Shown here one piece after another: positions 18,763-28,393 of a DNA stretch of 64,000 nucleotides (its first letter is position 1; the number at the start of each line of letters is the position of its first letter). Made by a program: the position numbers and the translations under genes. This DNA comes from an uncultured Collinsella sp. (lineage in GTDB: Bacteria > Actinomycetota > Coriobacteriia > Coriobacteriales > Coriobacteriaceae), in contig CAAEOL010000023.1 in the NCBI GenBank assembly GCA_900757595.1, positions 2,248 to 66,247 on the forward strand, in the 5' to 3' direction. The notes beneath the pieces are model-generated. The model ran no database searches. It saw only the letters and a list, made by a program, of their open reading frames with translations, and was not told the DNA's origin.

Positions 18763-19834
18763 TGAGTATGTGATCCCGGAGCACTACGAGGATCTCACTC
18801 CTGCTCCGCAGCTCGACCAGAAGACCCTCAACAAGATGGCTTGGCGCTCCTGCTTCCTGCAGGCCTCGTTCAACTACGAGCGTATGCAGGCCGCTGGCTG
18901 GCTCTACTCCATCATCCCCGGTCTGGAGAAGATCCACACCAACAAGAACGACCTCGCGGCTTCCATGAGCCACAACCTGGAGTTCTTCAACACTCACCCG
19001 TTCCTCGTCACCTTTGTTATGGGCATCGTGCTTTCGCTCGAGCAGAACAAGGTTGACATCCCCACGATCCGCGCCGTCCGCGTCGCCGCAATGGGCCCGC
19101 TCGGTGGTATCGGTGACGCTCTGTTCTGGCTGACGCTCGTGCCTATCACGGCCGGCATCACCTCCAACATGGCCATCAACGGCAACGCTGCTGCGCCGAT
19201 CATCTTCCTGGTGATCTTCAACGCCGTCCAGTTCGCTCTGCGCTTCTGGCTCATGAACTGGTCCTACAAGCTTGGCACCAGCGCTATTGACGCTCTGACC
19301 GCCAACATGCAGGCCTTCACGCGTGCCGCTTCCATCATGGGCGTCTTCGTCGTCGGTTGCCTGGTCGTCACCATGGGTGGCACCCAGATCAACCTCCAGA
19401 TCCCCAACGGCACCACCCGTGGCCTCTCCGCCAATACCGTGATCGTCTCCGAGAAGGAGGCTGAGAACTTCACCGGTATGGAGGGCATCGATACCGAGAC
19501 CGCTGAGGCCGGTACCATCGCCATGACCGATAAGGACGGCAACGCCCTTACCGCCTCCGATGCTGACGGCAACGCTGTCGAGTGCGGCGTTACCGATCTG
19601 GGCAACGGCATGGAGTCCGTGACCTACGGCACCGTTACCGAGGATCCGGTCAACTTCTCTGTTGCCGACACCCTCAACACCATCGTCCCCAAGCTCGTCC
19701 CGCTTATGCTTACGCTGCTGCTTTACTACATGTTCGCTAAGCACAGCTGGACCCCGACCAAGGGCATTCTGCTGCTCTTCGTTCTGGGCATCCTGGGCGC
19801 TGGCCCGCTTGGTCTCTGGCCGAGCATCTGGTAA
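18752..19834 (+). CDS. agaE: Mannose-family PTS EIID with an ~80-aa insertion
   Basis: LQASFNYERMQA, FFNTHP, MGPLGGIGD. Confidence 0.92.
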   Translation: MASNEYVIPEHYEDLTPAPQLDQKTLNKMAWRSCFLQASFNYERMQAAGWLYSIIPGLEKIHTNKNDLAASMSHNLEFFNTHPFLVTFVMGIVLSLEQNKVDIPTIRAVRVAAMGPLGGIGDALFWLTLVPITAGITSNMAINGNAAAPIIFLVIFNAVQFALRFWLMNWSYKLGTSAIDALTANMQAFTRAASIMGVFVVGCLVVTMGGTQINLQIPNGTTRGLSANTVIVSEKEAENFTGMEGIDTETAEAGTIAMTDKDGNALTASDADGNAVECGVTDLGNGMESVTYGTVTEDPVNFSVADTLNTIVPKLVPLMLTLLLYYMFAKHSWTPTKGILLLFVLGILGAGPLGLWPSIW

Positions 19835-19900
19835 GGCTCTAGCTTGAGGGGTGTGTCCCTACGCGGCTCACACCCCGACCCCTTAAGCCATGTGTATGTT

Positions 19901-19939
19901 AAAAGCCGCGTGCTCGAAAGAGCGCGCGGCTTTTGTTTT
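19901..19939 (+). terminator. Intrinsic terminator
   Basis: AAAAGCCGCGTGCTC-GAAA-GAGCGCGCGGCTTTT. Confidence 0.75.
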
Positions 19940-20019
19940 CTTGATGATTCGGGTGTGGCAGACAGATAATGCTTAACACCCTAGGTAGTTAGCCGAATTC
20001 GAGCAAAAGGGAGGATAGG

Positions 20020-20751
20020 ATGGCGATCGGAGCGCGTAAGCAACCGCTGTACGATCAGCTGGTCGATATTCTGACCGAAAAGATCGACCATGAATATCGC
20101 GCCGGTGACATGATTCCTTCCGAGCGCGAACTTTCGGAGCGCTATGGTCTCTCGCGCACTACGGTACGCCTGGCTCTGCAGGAACTGGAGCGTTTAGGAC
20201 TGGTGGTTCGGCAGCATGGTCGCGGTACCTTTGTGACCGACCGTTCGGCAAAGGCAACCAATCTTATGCAGTCCTACAGCTTTACCGAGCAGATGCGCGC
20301 GATGGGTCGCGACCCCGAGACCACGATTCTCGAGTTTTGCGAGATGGAGGCCGATAAGAATCTGGCCGAGCATATGGGATTGCGTATCGGTGATCGCATT
20401 TTTAAGCTCAAGCGCCTTCGTTCTGCCGACAACATGCCCATGATGGTCGAACGCAGCTATCTACCGGTTCGTCAATTTCTGTCCCTAAAGCGACCGCTGC
20501 TGGAGCGCAAGCCGCTTTACGATGTGATTGAGCAAGACTTTCAGCAAAAGATACGCGTGGCTGAAGAGGAGTTCTATGCGAGCATAGCCCGTCCCACCGA
20601 CGCCCACCTTTTGGGAATTGTCGAGGGCTCGCCTGTGCTCGATTTGGTCAGGACTACGTATAACGAGTCAAACGAGGTTGTGGAGTATACACTCTCGGTT
20701 GCTCGTGCCGATCAGTTTAAATACAAGGTTTACCACCAGCGTAGCAACTAG
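20020..20751 (+). CDS. GntR/HutC (UTRA) transcriptional regulator
   Basis: IPSERELSERYGLSRTTVRLAL..GRGTFV; UTRA C-domain. Confidence 0.93.
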   Translation: MAIGARKQPLYDQLVDILTEKIDHEYRAGDMIPSERELSERYGLSRTTVRLALQELERLGLVVRQHGRGTFVTDRSAKATNLMQSYSFTEQMRAMGRDPETTILEFCEMEADKNLAEHMGLRIGDRIFKLKRLRSADNMPMMVERSYLPVRQFLSLKRPLLERKPLYDVIEQDFQQKIRVAEEEFYASIARPTDAHLLGIVEGSPVLDLVRTTYNESNEVVEYTLSVARADQFKYKVYHQRSN

Positions 20752-20789
20752 TGTCCGCATCGTTTCCATATGGTGATTCTTTGCATTTA

Positions 20790-20805
20790 ACTGGTTACTA
20801 CCAGA
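20790..20805. promoter_or_regulatory. GntR/HutC (dre-like) operator upstream of agaS
   Basis: ACTGGTTACTACCAGA, upstream of TATAAT at 20821. Confidence 0.65.
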
Positions 20806-20865
20806 TAACCAACCGAAGTGTATAATTGCACGTCAGAGGATTACTTCTAGAGAGAGGTATTAGAA

Positions 20866-22032
20866 ATGTTCGAGAAGAGTGTCGAGGAGCTCACCGAGCT
20901 CGGCGCCCAGATCACCACGGCCGAGATTGCTCAGCAGCCCGAGCTTTGGCGTGATACGCTCAACATCTATCGCGAGAACAAGGAGGCCATCGAGGCCTTC
21001 CTGGCCGAGGCTCGCGCTATGGGCGAGGGCCGTCTGTCCGTTGTTTTCACCGGTGCCGGTACGTCCGACTACGTTGGCGATACCTGCGCCCCGTACCTGC
21101 GTCACGCTGGCAACACTGATCTCTACGACTTTAAGCCCATCGCCACGACCGACATCGTGAGCGCCCCGCGCGACTTCCTGCGCGCCGAGGATCCCACGCT
21201 CGTGGTTTCCTTTGCCCGCTCCGGCAACAGCCCCGAGAGCCTTGCCGCAGTTGCCGTTGCCAAGGAGCTCGTCCACAACGTCAAGTTCCTCAACATCACC
21301 TGCGCTCCCGAGGGCAAGCTCGCCGTCGAGTCCGCTGATGACCCCAATGCGCTGACGCTGCTCATTCCGCGCGCCAACGACAAGGGCTTCGCCATGACCG
21401 GTTCTTACACCTGCATGACCCTACTCTCTACCCTCATCTTTGACGAGGCTTCCGACGAGCAGAAGGCCGAGTGGGTCGAGACCATCGCCAAGATGGGCGA
21501 GGAGGTCATCTCCCGTGAGCCCGAGATCGCCGATTACCTGGTTGGCGACTTCAACCGCGTGACCTACTTGGGTTCTGGCTCCTTCGGTGGCCTTGCCCAG
21601 GAGAGCCAGCTCAAGATCCTCGAGCTCGCTCACGGTCTGGTCGCTACTTCCTACGACACCTCCATGGGCTATCGTCACGGACCCAAGTCCTTCGTCGACG
21701 ATAAGACGCTCGTCTTCGTGTTCGTCAACAACGACGCCTACACCCGTCAGTACGACATCGACATCCTCAACGAGATCGGTGGCGACGAGATCGCTCAGCA
21801 CACCATCGCCGTTCAGCAGGAAGGTGCCACCGTCTATGAGGGTGAGTCCTTCACCTTTAAGGGTTACGAGGCACTTCCCGAGGGCTACCTTGCTCTGCCG
21901 TTCGTGATGTTTGCCCAGGCTATCAGCCTGCTCAACTCCGTGCGCGTGGGCAACACGCCCGATACGCCGAGCCCCACCGGCACGGTCAACCGCGTGGTTA
22001 AGGGCGTGACGATTCACCCCTTCACCGCTTAA
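20866..22032 (+). CDS. agaS: Galactosamine-6-phosphate deaminase/isomerase (SIS)
   Basis: TAEIAQQP, TGAGTS, SFARSGNSPES, GFAMT, GYRHGPKS, PDTPSPTGTVNRVVKGV. Confidence 0.92.
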   Translation: MFEKSVEELTELGAQITTAEIAQQPELWRDTLNIYRENKEAIEAFLAEARAMGEGRLSVVFTGAGTSDYVGDTCAPYLRHAGNTDLYDFKPIATTDIVSAPRDFLRAEDPTLVVSFARSGNSPESLAAVAVAKELVHNVKFLNITCAPEGKLAVESADDPNALTLLIPRANDKGFAMTGSYTCMTLLSTLIFDEASDEQKAEWVETIAKMGEEVISREPEIADYLVGDFNRVTYLGSGSFGGLAQESQLKILELAHGLVATSYDTSMGYRHGPKSFVDDKTLVFVFVNNDAYTRQYDIDILNEIGGDEIAQHTIAVQQEGATVYEGESFTFKGYEALPEGYLALPFVMFAQAISLLNSVRVGNTPDTPSPTGTVNRVVKGVTIHPFTA

Positions 22033-22151
22033 TCGCGTCCCCCTGTAAGGGCGCCCGTCCGCTCATAACGGCGGGCGGGCGCTTTTTGTTTTTACATGGA
22101 CCGGGTATAAGTATCACCACGATCAACTGCTTCAAGAAGCAAGGAGTGCAT

Positions 22152-23321
22152 ATGAGCACATACGCAATTAAGGCTGACAAGTTCTTCTTGCCGGCAGGCC
22201 CGCAACTGGGCGGCTATCTTATGGTCGAGGACGGCGTCTTTGGCGCCTGGCAGGCCGACGAGCCCTCTTGCGAGATTAAGGACTACACGGGATCGTGGAT
22301 CGCACCGGGTATGGTCGATACTCACATCCATGGTTTCTACAACCACTCAACTACCGATAATGATCCCGAGGGCATCGATATCAGCTCGACCGAGCTTGCC
22401 CGTCGCGGTACCACCAGCTGGCTGCCCACGACGTTCACCGATGGCGTCGAGCAGATCAAGGACGCCTGCGCCGCTATCGCCCAGGCGGACGAGGGACGCG
22501 GCCCCGACTTCTGCGGTGCTCGCATTCAGGGCATCTACCTGGAGGGCCCCTTCTTTACCATGAAGCACGTGGGCGCGCAGAACCCCGCTTACCTGATCGA
22601 CCCCTCCGAGGAGGTCTTCGATCAATGGCAGGAGGCTGCGGGTGGTCGCATCGTAAAGAGCGCCATGGCGGCCGAGCGCGATGGCGCTGCCACCTATGCT
22701 GCCGCCCTCAACGCGAAGGGCGTCGTGACCAGCATCGGTCACTCCGACGCCACCTACGATGAGTGCATCGCCGCCATCAACGCCGGTGCCAGCTGCTTTA
22801 CGCATACCTATAACGGCCAGCGCGGGCTGCATCACCGTGAGCCCGGTGTCGTGGGTGCTGCCATGTCCACGCCCGAGACCTACGCCGAGATCATCTGTGA
22901 CGGCAAGCACGTAAACCCTGCCGCCATCAAGGCGCTGCTGCAGGCCAAGGGCTGGCAGCATACGGTGCTCATCACCGACTGCCTGGGCTGCGGCGGCATG
23001 CCCGAGGGCAGCTACACCAGCGGTGGCATGGACGTCATCATGAAGGACAACCTGTGCTGGCTCGCCGACGGCAAGAGCATTGCCGGCTCGGTGCTTACGC
23101 TTGCCCAGGGCGTCAAGAACATCGTCGACTGGGGCATCGCCAGCGCCGATATCGCCATTCGCATGGCAACCGAGGTGCCGGCTCGCTCTGCGCACATCGA
23201 GGATAAGTGCGGCAGCATCATGCCGGGTCGCGACGCCGACTTTGTCGTGTTCGACCATGAGCTCACCCTCGTCGAGACGTATGTTGGCGGCCAGAGCGTC
23301 GGCAACGCCTTTACCGAGTAA
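22152..23321 (+). CDS. nagA: N-acetylhexosamine-6-phosphate deacetylase (NagA/AgaA)
   Basis: PGMVDTHIHG, LEGPF, GHSDA, THTYN, HHREPG, DGKHV, IAGS. Confidence 0.93.
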   Translation: MSTYAIKADKFFLPAGPQLGGYLMVEDGVFGAWQADEPSCEIKDYTGSWIAPGMVDTHIHGFYNHSTTDNDPEGIDISSTELARRGTTSWLPTTFTDGVEQIKDACAAIAQADEGRGPDFCGARIQGIYLEGPFFTMKHVGAQNPAYLIDPSEEVFDQWQEAAGGRIVKSAMAAERDGAATYAAALNAKGVVTSIGHSDATYDECIAAINAGASCFTHTYNGQRGLHHREPGVVGAAMSTPETYAEIICDGKHVNPAAIKALLQAKGWQHTVLITDCLGCGGMPEGSYTSGGMDVIMKDNLCWLADGKSIAGSVLTLAQGVKNIVDWGIASADIAIRMATEVPARSAHIEDKCGSIMPGRDADFVVFDHELTLVETYVGGQSVGNAFTE

Positions 23322-23396
23322 CGATAGAAAAAGACGGCGGGCCCGAATCTGCTCGGACCCGCCGTATGGGTTAAACGCTCAAAAGCACCTTTACAG

Positions 23397-23981
23397 TTAC
23401 AGCTTGTTAGCGATCTTCTTAGCCGTGCGCTTTACGCCGGCCACCAGGCCTCCTGCAGGATTCTCTTTCTCGTATGCTAGGCGCTTCTCGCGCTTGGCGT
23501 ACTCCTCGACGATGATGTCGCCATACTCGTCTTCGATCTTGTCGAAGAAATCGACGGCGCCCTTAATCTCTTCAGCGGTCGGGTGTCCCTTTTGGACACC
23601 GCCGGTGAGTTTGAACGGCCCCCACGTATCAAAGCCGGGACAGCCGTAGACGCCCATAAAGATGGCCTGTCTCATGCGGCAGATGCCATCGATATCCTTG
23701 CCGTACCACTTGTTTTTGCCACCGTAGGTCATAAGGCCAAACACTTTGTCCTGCGGCTGCAGCACGTTCGTGAGCACGCGCGCCATATCTTTGTCGATCT
23801 CGGAGTAATAAATGCCCGTGGCGACGCCGATCAGATGGTATTCGTGCAGGTCGGGATACTCGTTTTTACCGAGTGTTTTCACGTCGAGGGTATCGATTTC
23901 GGGGTGCGCCTCGACGATGGCGTCCACGAGCTTTTTCGTATTGCCGTGGTGGCGTGAGGCATAAAGGATGATGGTTCGCAT
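23397..23981 (-). CDS. Flavodoxin-family protein
   Basis: ILYASRHHGNTKK; GFDTWGPFKLTGG..GHP. Confidence 0.8.
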   Translation of the reverse strand: MRTIILYASRHHGNTKKLVDAIVEAHPEIDTLDVKTLGKNEYPDLHEYHLIGVATGIYYSEIDKDMARVLTNVLQPQDKVFGLMTYGGKNKWYGKDIDGICRMRQAIFMGVYGCPGFDTWGPFKLTGGVQKGHPTAEEIKGAVDFFDKIEDEYGDIIVEEYAKREKRLAYEKENPAGGLVAGVKRTAKKIANKL

Positions 23982-24137
23982 AAGAAGGCCTTTCAGCTGT
24001 AATTGCATCAATGCCTGTATGGTACCCCGTTACATGGCCGGGATACCGGACGCATCGATGAGCGTGCGGGTTTGTCCTTTGGTCAGGGCCGAGACGGGTA
24101 CTTGCGAGCAAAAAGCAGTTGTCCGAAAGGATGGATA

Positions 24138-25019
24138 ATGGAATACGCTCTTTCCAACGATTCGATTTCTATCAAGGTTTCCACGGCCGGCGGCTCGTTT
24201 ACCTCGATTGAGGCTGACGGACGCGAGTATTTGTGGCAGGGTGACCCCGCAGTGTGGTCCGGTCAGGCGCCAGTCTGCTTTCCGATTTGCGGAGGCCTGC
24301 GCGACGGTAGCGCCATGACGTTTGCCGGGCATCATGTGAAGCTCGCCCGCCACGGCTTTGCGCGCAAGCAGGAGTGGAAGCTGTTGAGCCAAAGCGCAAA
24401 CGAGCTGGCTATGTGCTTGGCATCCGAGGATAACGCTGCATTGCTAAGCGATTATCCGTATCCGTTTAAACTTGTCGCCCGCTATGCGCTCGAGGACGCC
24501 GCCGTGCGCGTCTCCTATGAGGTTACCAACGAGGGCACCGAGGACATGCCGTTCTTTATCGGTGGACACCCCGGCTTTAGGTGTCCGCTCGACGAGGGCG
24601 AGTCCTATACGGACTACGAGTTGCGTTTTGAGAAAGACGAGGCTGCGGAGCTCTGCACCGCCGTTCCTTCGACTGGCTTGATTGATGTGGCAAACCGCTC
24701 CAAGAACCCCATGGTGGGGAAGACGTTGCCCCTGTCGCACGAGCTCTTCGATTTTGCGGAGACCATCTTTGACGTACTCGAGAGTCGTCAGGTCACGCTT
24801 TCCAAAAAGGGCGAGGACAAGGGCGTTCGCCTGAGCTTCGAGAGCTTTCCGTACCTCATCGTGTGGAGTAAGCCCGAGGGCGATTTTGTGGCAGTTGAGC
24901 CCTGGGGCGGCCTTTCGACCTGCTCCGATGAGGATGACGTGCTTGAGCATAAGCGCGGCTGCCTTGTCGCCAAGCCCAAGGAGACCGTCGTTCGCTCGTT
25001 CACGATTGAAATTCTGTAA
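24138..25019 (+). CDS. lacX: Aldose 1-epimerase family, LacX-like (copy 1)
   Basis: EYLWQGD..W...AP..FPI, RHGFAR, GGHPGF, FVAVEPW. Confidence 0.88.
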   Translation: MEYALSNDSISIKVSTAGGSFTSIEADGREYLWQGDPAVWSGQAPVCFPICGGLRDGSAMTFAGHHVKLARHGFARKQEWKLLSQSANELAMCLASEDNAALLSDYPYPFKLVARYALEDAAVRVSYEVTNEGTEDMPFFIGGHPGFRCPLDEGESYTDYELRFEKDEAAELCTAVPSTGLIDVANRSKNPMVGKTLPLSHELFDFAETIFDVLESRQVTLSKKGEDKGVRLSFESFPYLIVWSKPEGDFVAVEPWGGLSTCSDEDDVLEHKRGCLVAKPKETVVRSFTIEIL

Positions 25020-25078
25020 TTCCGTTTTGTCGACTCGTATCGCGAGGCACAAGGAGCCTGCGAGATAAGGAGCTAAAA

Positions 25079-26014
25079 ATGATCCTCACCGTTACGATGA
25101 ACCCGTCTGTCGATACGCGCTATCAGCTCGATGAGCTCGTTATCGACGACGTCAACCGTGTGACGCCCGAAAAGACCGCCGGCGGCAAGGGCCTCAACGT
25201 GGCCCGTGTACTGGGTCAGCTGGGCGACGACGTCGTGGCAACCGGTCTGCTCGGCGGCCACATGGGCGCTTACATGGCTGAGCTCATGGACGCCAACGGT
25301 ATTAACAACGACTTTGTGCCCATCAAGGGCGAGACCCGCATCTGCCTCAATATCCTTCATGCCGGCAACCAGACCGAGCTGCTCGAGAGCGGCCCGACAA
25401 TTGCCCCCGAGGAGCTCGATGCCTTTACCGCCAAGTTTACCGAGCTTGCGAGCAAGGCCGACGTCGTCACCATCTCGGGTTCGCTGCCCCGCGGTGTCGA
25501 GGCAGACTACTATGCCAAGATCACGGGCATTGCCGAGAACGCCGGTGCCAAGGTGTTGCTCGATACCTCGGGCGCTTCGCTCGAGGCCGCCCTTAAGTCC
25601 GAAATTAAGCCCGAGCTGGTCAAGCCTAACCTGACCGAGATCAACGGCCTTTTGGGTACGAGCTTTACTACCGACGATGTGGACGAGCTCCGCGCCGCGC
25701 TCGCCTCTGATGCCCGCTTCTCCGATATCCCCTGGGTCGTCGTGTCCATGGGCGCTGCCGGCTCCGTTGGCTTCCACAATGGCCGTGCGTTCCGCGCAAA
25801 GACGCCCGATATCCCTGCCGTTAACGCTACGGGCTCTGGTGACTCCACTATCGCTGGCTTCGCGCATGCCATTGCTGCTGGCGCGGACGACGAGACGGTG
25901 CTGCGTACCGCCAACACCTGCGGCAAGCTCAATGCCATGGATCCCATGACCGGCCATCTGGTCATGGACCGTTGGGACGAGGTCTACAACGGCGTTGTCG
26001 TGACCGAGCTGTAA
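25079..26014 (+). CDS. lacC: Tagatose-6-phosphate kinase / hexose kinase (copy 1)
   Basis: ILTVTMNPSVD, AGGKGLNV, KPN..E, NATGSGD. Confidence 0.88.
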   Translation: MILTVTMNPSVDTRYQLDELVIDDVNRVTPEKTAGGKGLNVARVLGQLGDDVVATGLLGGHMGAYMAELMDANGINNDFVPIKGETRICLNILHAGNQTELLESGPTIAPEELDAFTAKFTELASKADVVTISGSLPRGVEADYYAKITGIAENAGAKVLLDTSGASLEAALKSEIKPELVKPNLTEINGLLGTSFTTDDVDELRAALASDARFSDIPWVVVSMGAAGSVGFHNGRAFRAKTPDIPAVNATGSGDSTIAGFAHAIAAGADDETVLRTANTCGKLNAMDPMTGHLVMDRWDEVYNGVVVTEL

Positions 26015-26047
26015 AAGCCTGGGCGTCGGCCCCGGCATTGCTTGCTA

Positions 26048-26179
26048 GCTCATGTCGACGACAAGTGCGGTAGCATTATACTGGGGCGCGACGCTGAGTT
26101 TGTCGTGTTCAATCCCGACCTTACCCTGGTCGAGGCGTATGTGGGTGGCAACAGCGTCGGTAACGCGTTTGCCGAGTAG
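26048..26179 (+). pseudogene. Diverged duplicate of the nagA 3' end
   Basis: AHVDDKCGSIILGRDAEFVVFNPDLTLVEAYVGGNSVGNAFAE* compared with nagA AHIEDKCGSIMPGRDADFVVFDHELTLVETYVGGQSVGNAFTE*. Confidence 0.85.
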
Positions 26180-26211
26180 CCGCCAAAGAAGCGATCCGAG
26201 AGGGGATTTAG

Positions 26212-26685
26212 ATGATTTACGGTGCATTGGGCGATATCGAGGAGTACCGCGGAATGCTCAAGGGCCTCGACGTGCTGATCGACTGGCTCGAGGAGAACGA
26301 CCCGGCAGAGCTCGAGGTCGGCAGCCATCCGATTCTGGGCGACAAGGTCTATGCGAACGTCATGGCTCCCACGACGCGTCCCGAGGCCGAGGCTCACTAT
26401 GAGACGCATCAGCGCTATCACGACCTGCAGATCGACGTCGAGGGTCGCGAGGCCTTTAAGGTCGCCACGGGCAGCCTGACGCTGGTTCAGGAGTTTGACG
26501 AGAAGGACGACTACGATCTGGTCGATTCCGACGCTTCGATCGCCGGCGATCTTGCCGACGACAAGTTTGCGCTGTTCGTTGCCGGCGAGCCTCACATGCC
26601 CACGCTCGAGTTCCCGGGCGATGGCGCACAACCGATCAAGAAGATCTGCTTTAAGCTGCTTGCAGATGCTTACTGGGAGGAGTAG
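26212..26685 (+). CDS. YhcH/YjgK/YiaL (EbgC-like) family protein
   Basis: YETHQRYHDLQ..GRE, FALF..GEPHMP, IKK..FK. Confidence 0.85.
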   Translation: MIYGALGDIEEYRGMLKGLDVLIDWLEENDPAELEVGSHPILGDKVYANVMAPTTRPEAEAHYETHQRYHDLQIDVEGREAFKVATGSLTLVQEFDEKDDYDLVDSDASIAGDLADDKFALFVAGEPHMPTLEFPGDGAQPIKKICFKLLADAYWEE

Positions 26686-26818
26686 CGAACTGCCTGGCAG
26701 AGTTATTCGTCTGATGGCGTGATTCCCCTAGGGAAATCACGCTAGGACCCCGCTAAACGGGTTTCCCTAGGGGAATCACGTTTGGCGGGGTTTTCTGTTT
26801 TGAATAGGGAAGCCTCAT

Positions 26819-27390
26819 TTATTTGCGAAGAACATCGGCTAGCCGCAGGATTGAAATCATCGACCGATAAGTGAGTTCCACTTTTTCGCCCGCAAGCAGT
26901 CGTTTCGAGCCAATCTCATCTAGCCCCACAAGCCGAGAAAACAGCGGGCCGCTCATCGTGCCCTCGTCAATTGATTCCCTTATGGTCTTCAAAACGTCCG
27001 TATCATGAAGCGATGCCGAGCTGTAGGGGGCAACACGAGCGGAACTCTCAATTAACGACGAGACAAAAGGATGGAGATGCTTTGGACATAGTCCATCAAA
27101 CACCACATCCCCATTGTCATCCGAGCCGACCAGGCGCCAAGTATAATGATCGACCCAGTCATCTCCGTCATATATGGCGTCCATGAGCAACTTCCCGTCT
27201 AGAGAGAAAAACCTATTTGGACATCGGGGCGCAAGACCGCAATCCATATCGGGCCTGCAGCAGCTCCAACCCAACGCACCACATAGGTTCCCTTTCGTAC
27301 ATGTGTATCAATCTGCCCCGAAATGCCGGTGAATGCAATTCCAGACCCATTTGTCGGATAGCAATCGACGTATTTTTGTTTTCCGCTCAC
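26819..27390 (-). other. Lower-GC hypothetical ORF(s), possibly one frameshifted gene, next to the tRNA 3' end
   Basis: Overlapping ORFs 27199-27390 and 26819-27274 with atypical composition; no family recognised. Confidence 0.35.
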
Positions 27391-27612
27391 AACCTTGTAT
27401 AGATATATCGTTCCAGCAAAAGAGAAGGGATCGTGACTATTTTAGATCTATATGGCCAATTCGAGCCCTCACCATGGCAATTGTTGCAGCTGGGCTTCTT
27501 GTCATTAAAATTTCACTTTGGTAAATCCCCGCCCCTAAGCATTAAACCCGAAGTCCACCGAGTGGGCGAATCGGCAACAAAAAAGCCGCCCGAAGGCGGC
27601 TATCTTGTGCAA

Positions 27613-27688
27613 TGGAGCCAGCGACCGGGCTCGAACCGGTGACCCCCGCTTTACGAGAGCGGTGCTCTACCAACTGAGCTACGCTGGC
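27613..27688 (-). tRNA. tRNA-Thr(CGT)
   Basis: GCCAGCGTAGCTCAGTTGGTAGAGCACCGCT-CTCGTAA-AGCGGGGGTCACCGGTTCGAGCCCGGTCGCTGGCTCCA; 76 nt with encoded CCA. Confidence 0.97.
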
Positions 27689-27845
27689 GACCATGTGGTG
27701 ACGCAACTGAGGCGTCAACGGCTGTCTATGATACGGGACATCGCACATCCGCGCAAGGGTTCTGACGGCTTTTCTCACTTTAAATGCACTAATATTGGAG
27801 ACGCGATGTCTTGCTCTTACGGGTCTCAAACAGAATGGGGCGGCG

Positions 27846-28328
27846 ATGGCTCAACCCAAGATTCTTCTCACACGCATCGATGATCGGTTTATTTACGGGC
27901 AAGACGTTGAGCTGTGGAACGAAGCCGTGGGTTCCAACCTTGTCCTAATCGTCAACGATGAGATCGCGGCGGATTCGCGCCAATGGGCACCAATGAGGGT
28001 GGCGGCGCCAGAAGGCGTCTGGATAAGGGTTTTCTCGGTACAAAAAACTATCGACATCATTCATACTGCAACGCCGCGTCAATGGATTCTGATCATGGTG
28101 GCCTCACCCGCCGATGCACTCGCGCTGGTTAAGGGCGGTGTGCCCATTACCAAGATCAGCATAGGTCACATGCGGACAGGGGAGGGCAAGCACCCCGTAA
28201 CGCCCGCAGTTGCCGTAGACGACGCAGATGTCGCCGCCTTCAAAGAGCTGCAAGAGCTCGGCATAGAGCTAGAAATCCGCTACCTCCCCAGCTCCAATCC
28301 CGATCCCCTCGAGAACCTGCTCACGTGA
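27846..28328 (+). CDS. Orphan mannose-family PTS EIIB paralog lacking the phospho-His
   Basis: Colinear with AgaV, but RIDDRFIYGQ replaces RIDNRLVHGQ. Confidence 0.85.
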   Translation: MAQPKILLTRIDDRFIYGQDVELWNEAVGSNLVLIVNDEIAADSRQWAPMRVAAPEGVWIRVFSVQKTIDIIHTATPRQWILIMVASPADALALVKGGVPITKISIGHMRTGEGKHPVTPAVAVDDADVAAFKELQELGIELEIRYLPSSNPDPLENLLT

Positions 28329-28393
28329 TCCCCTGGGGGCGGAGGAAAAAGGATCATTTAGACCACATAGAGGGCCTGTGTTGCGCCGCCTGC

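Noticed and set aside
27613..27688. tRNA-Thr as attachment site of a large island in this window
   Set aside because: No duplicated tRNA 3' end or adjacent integrase was seen.
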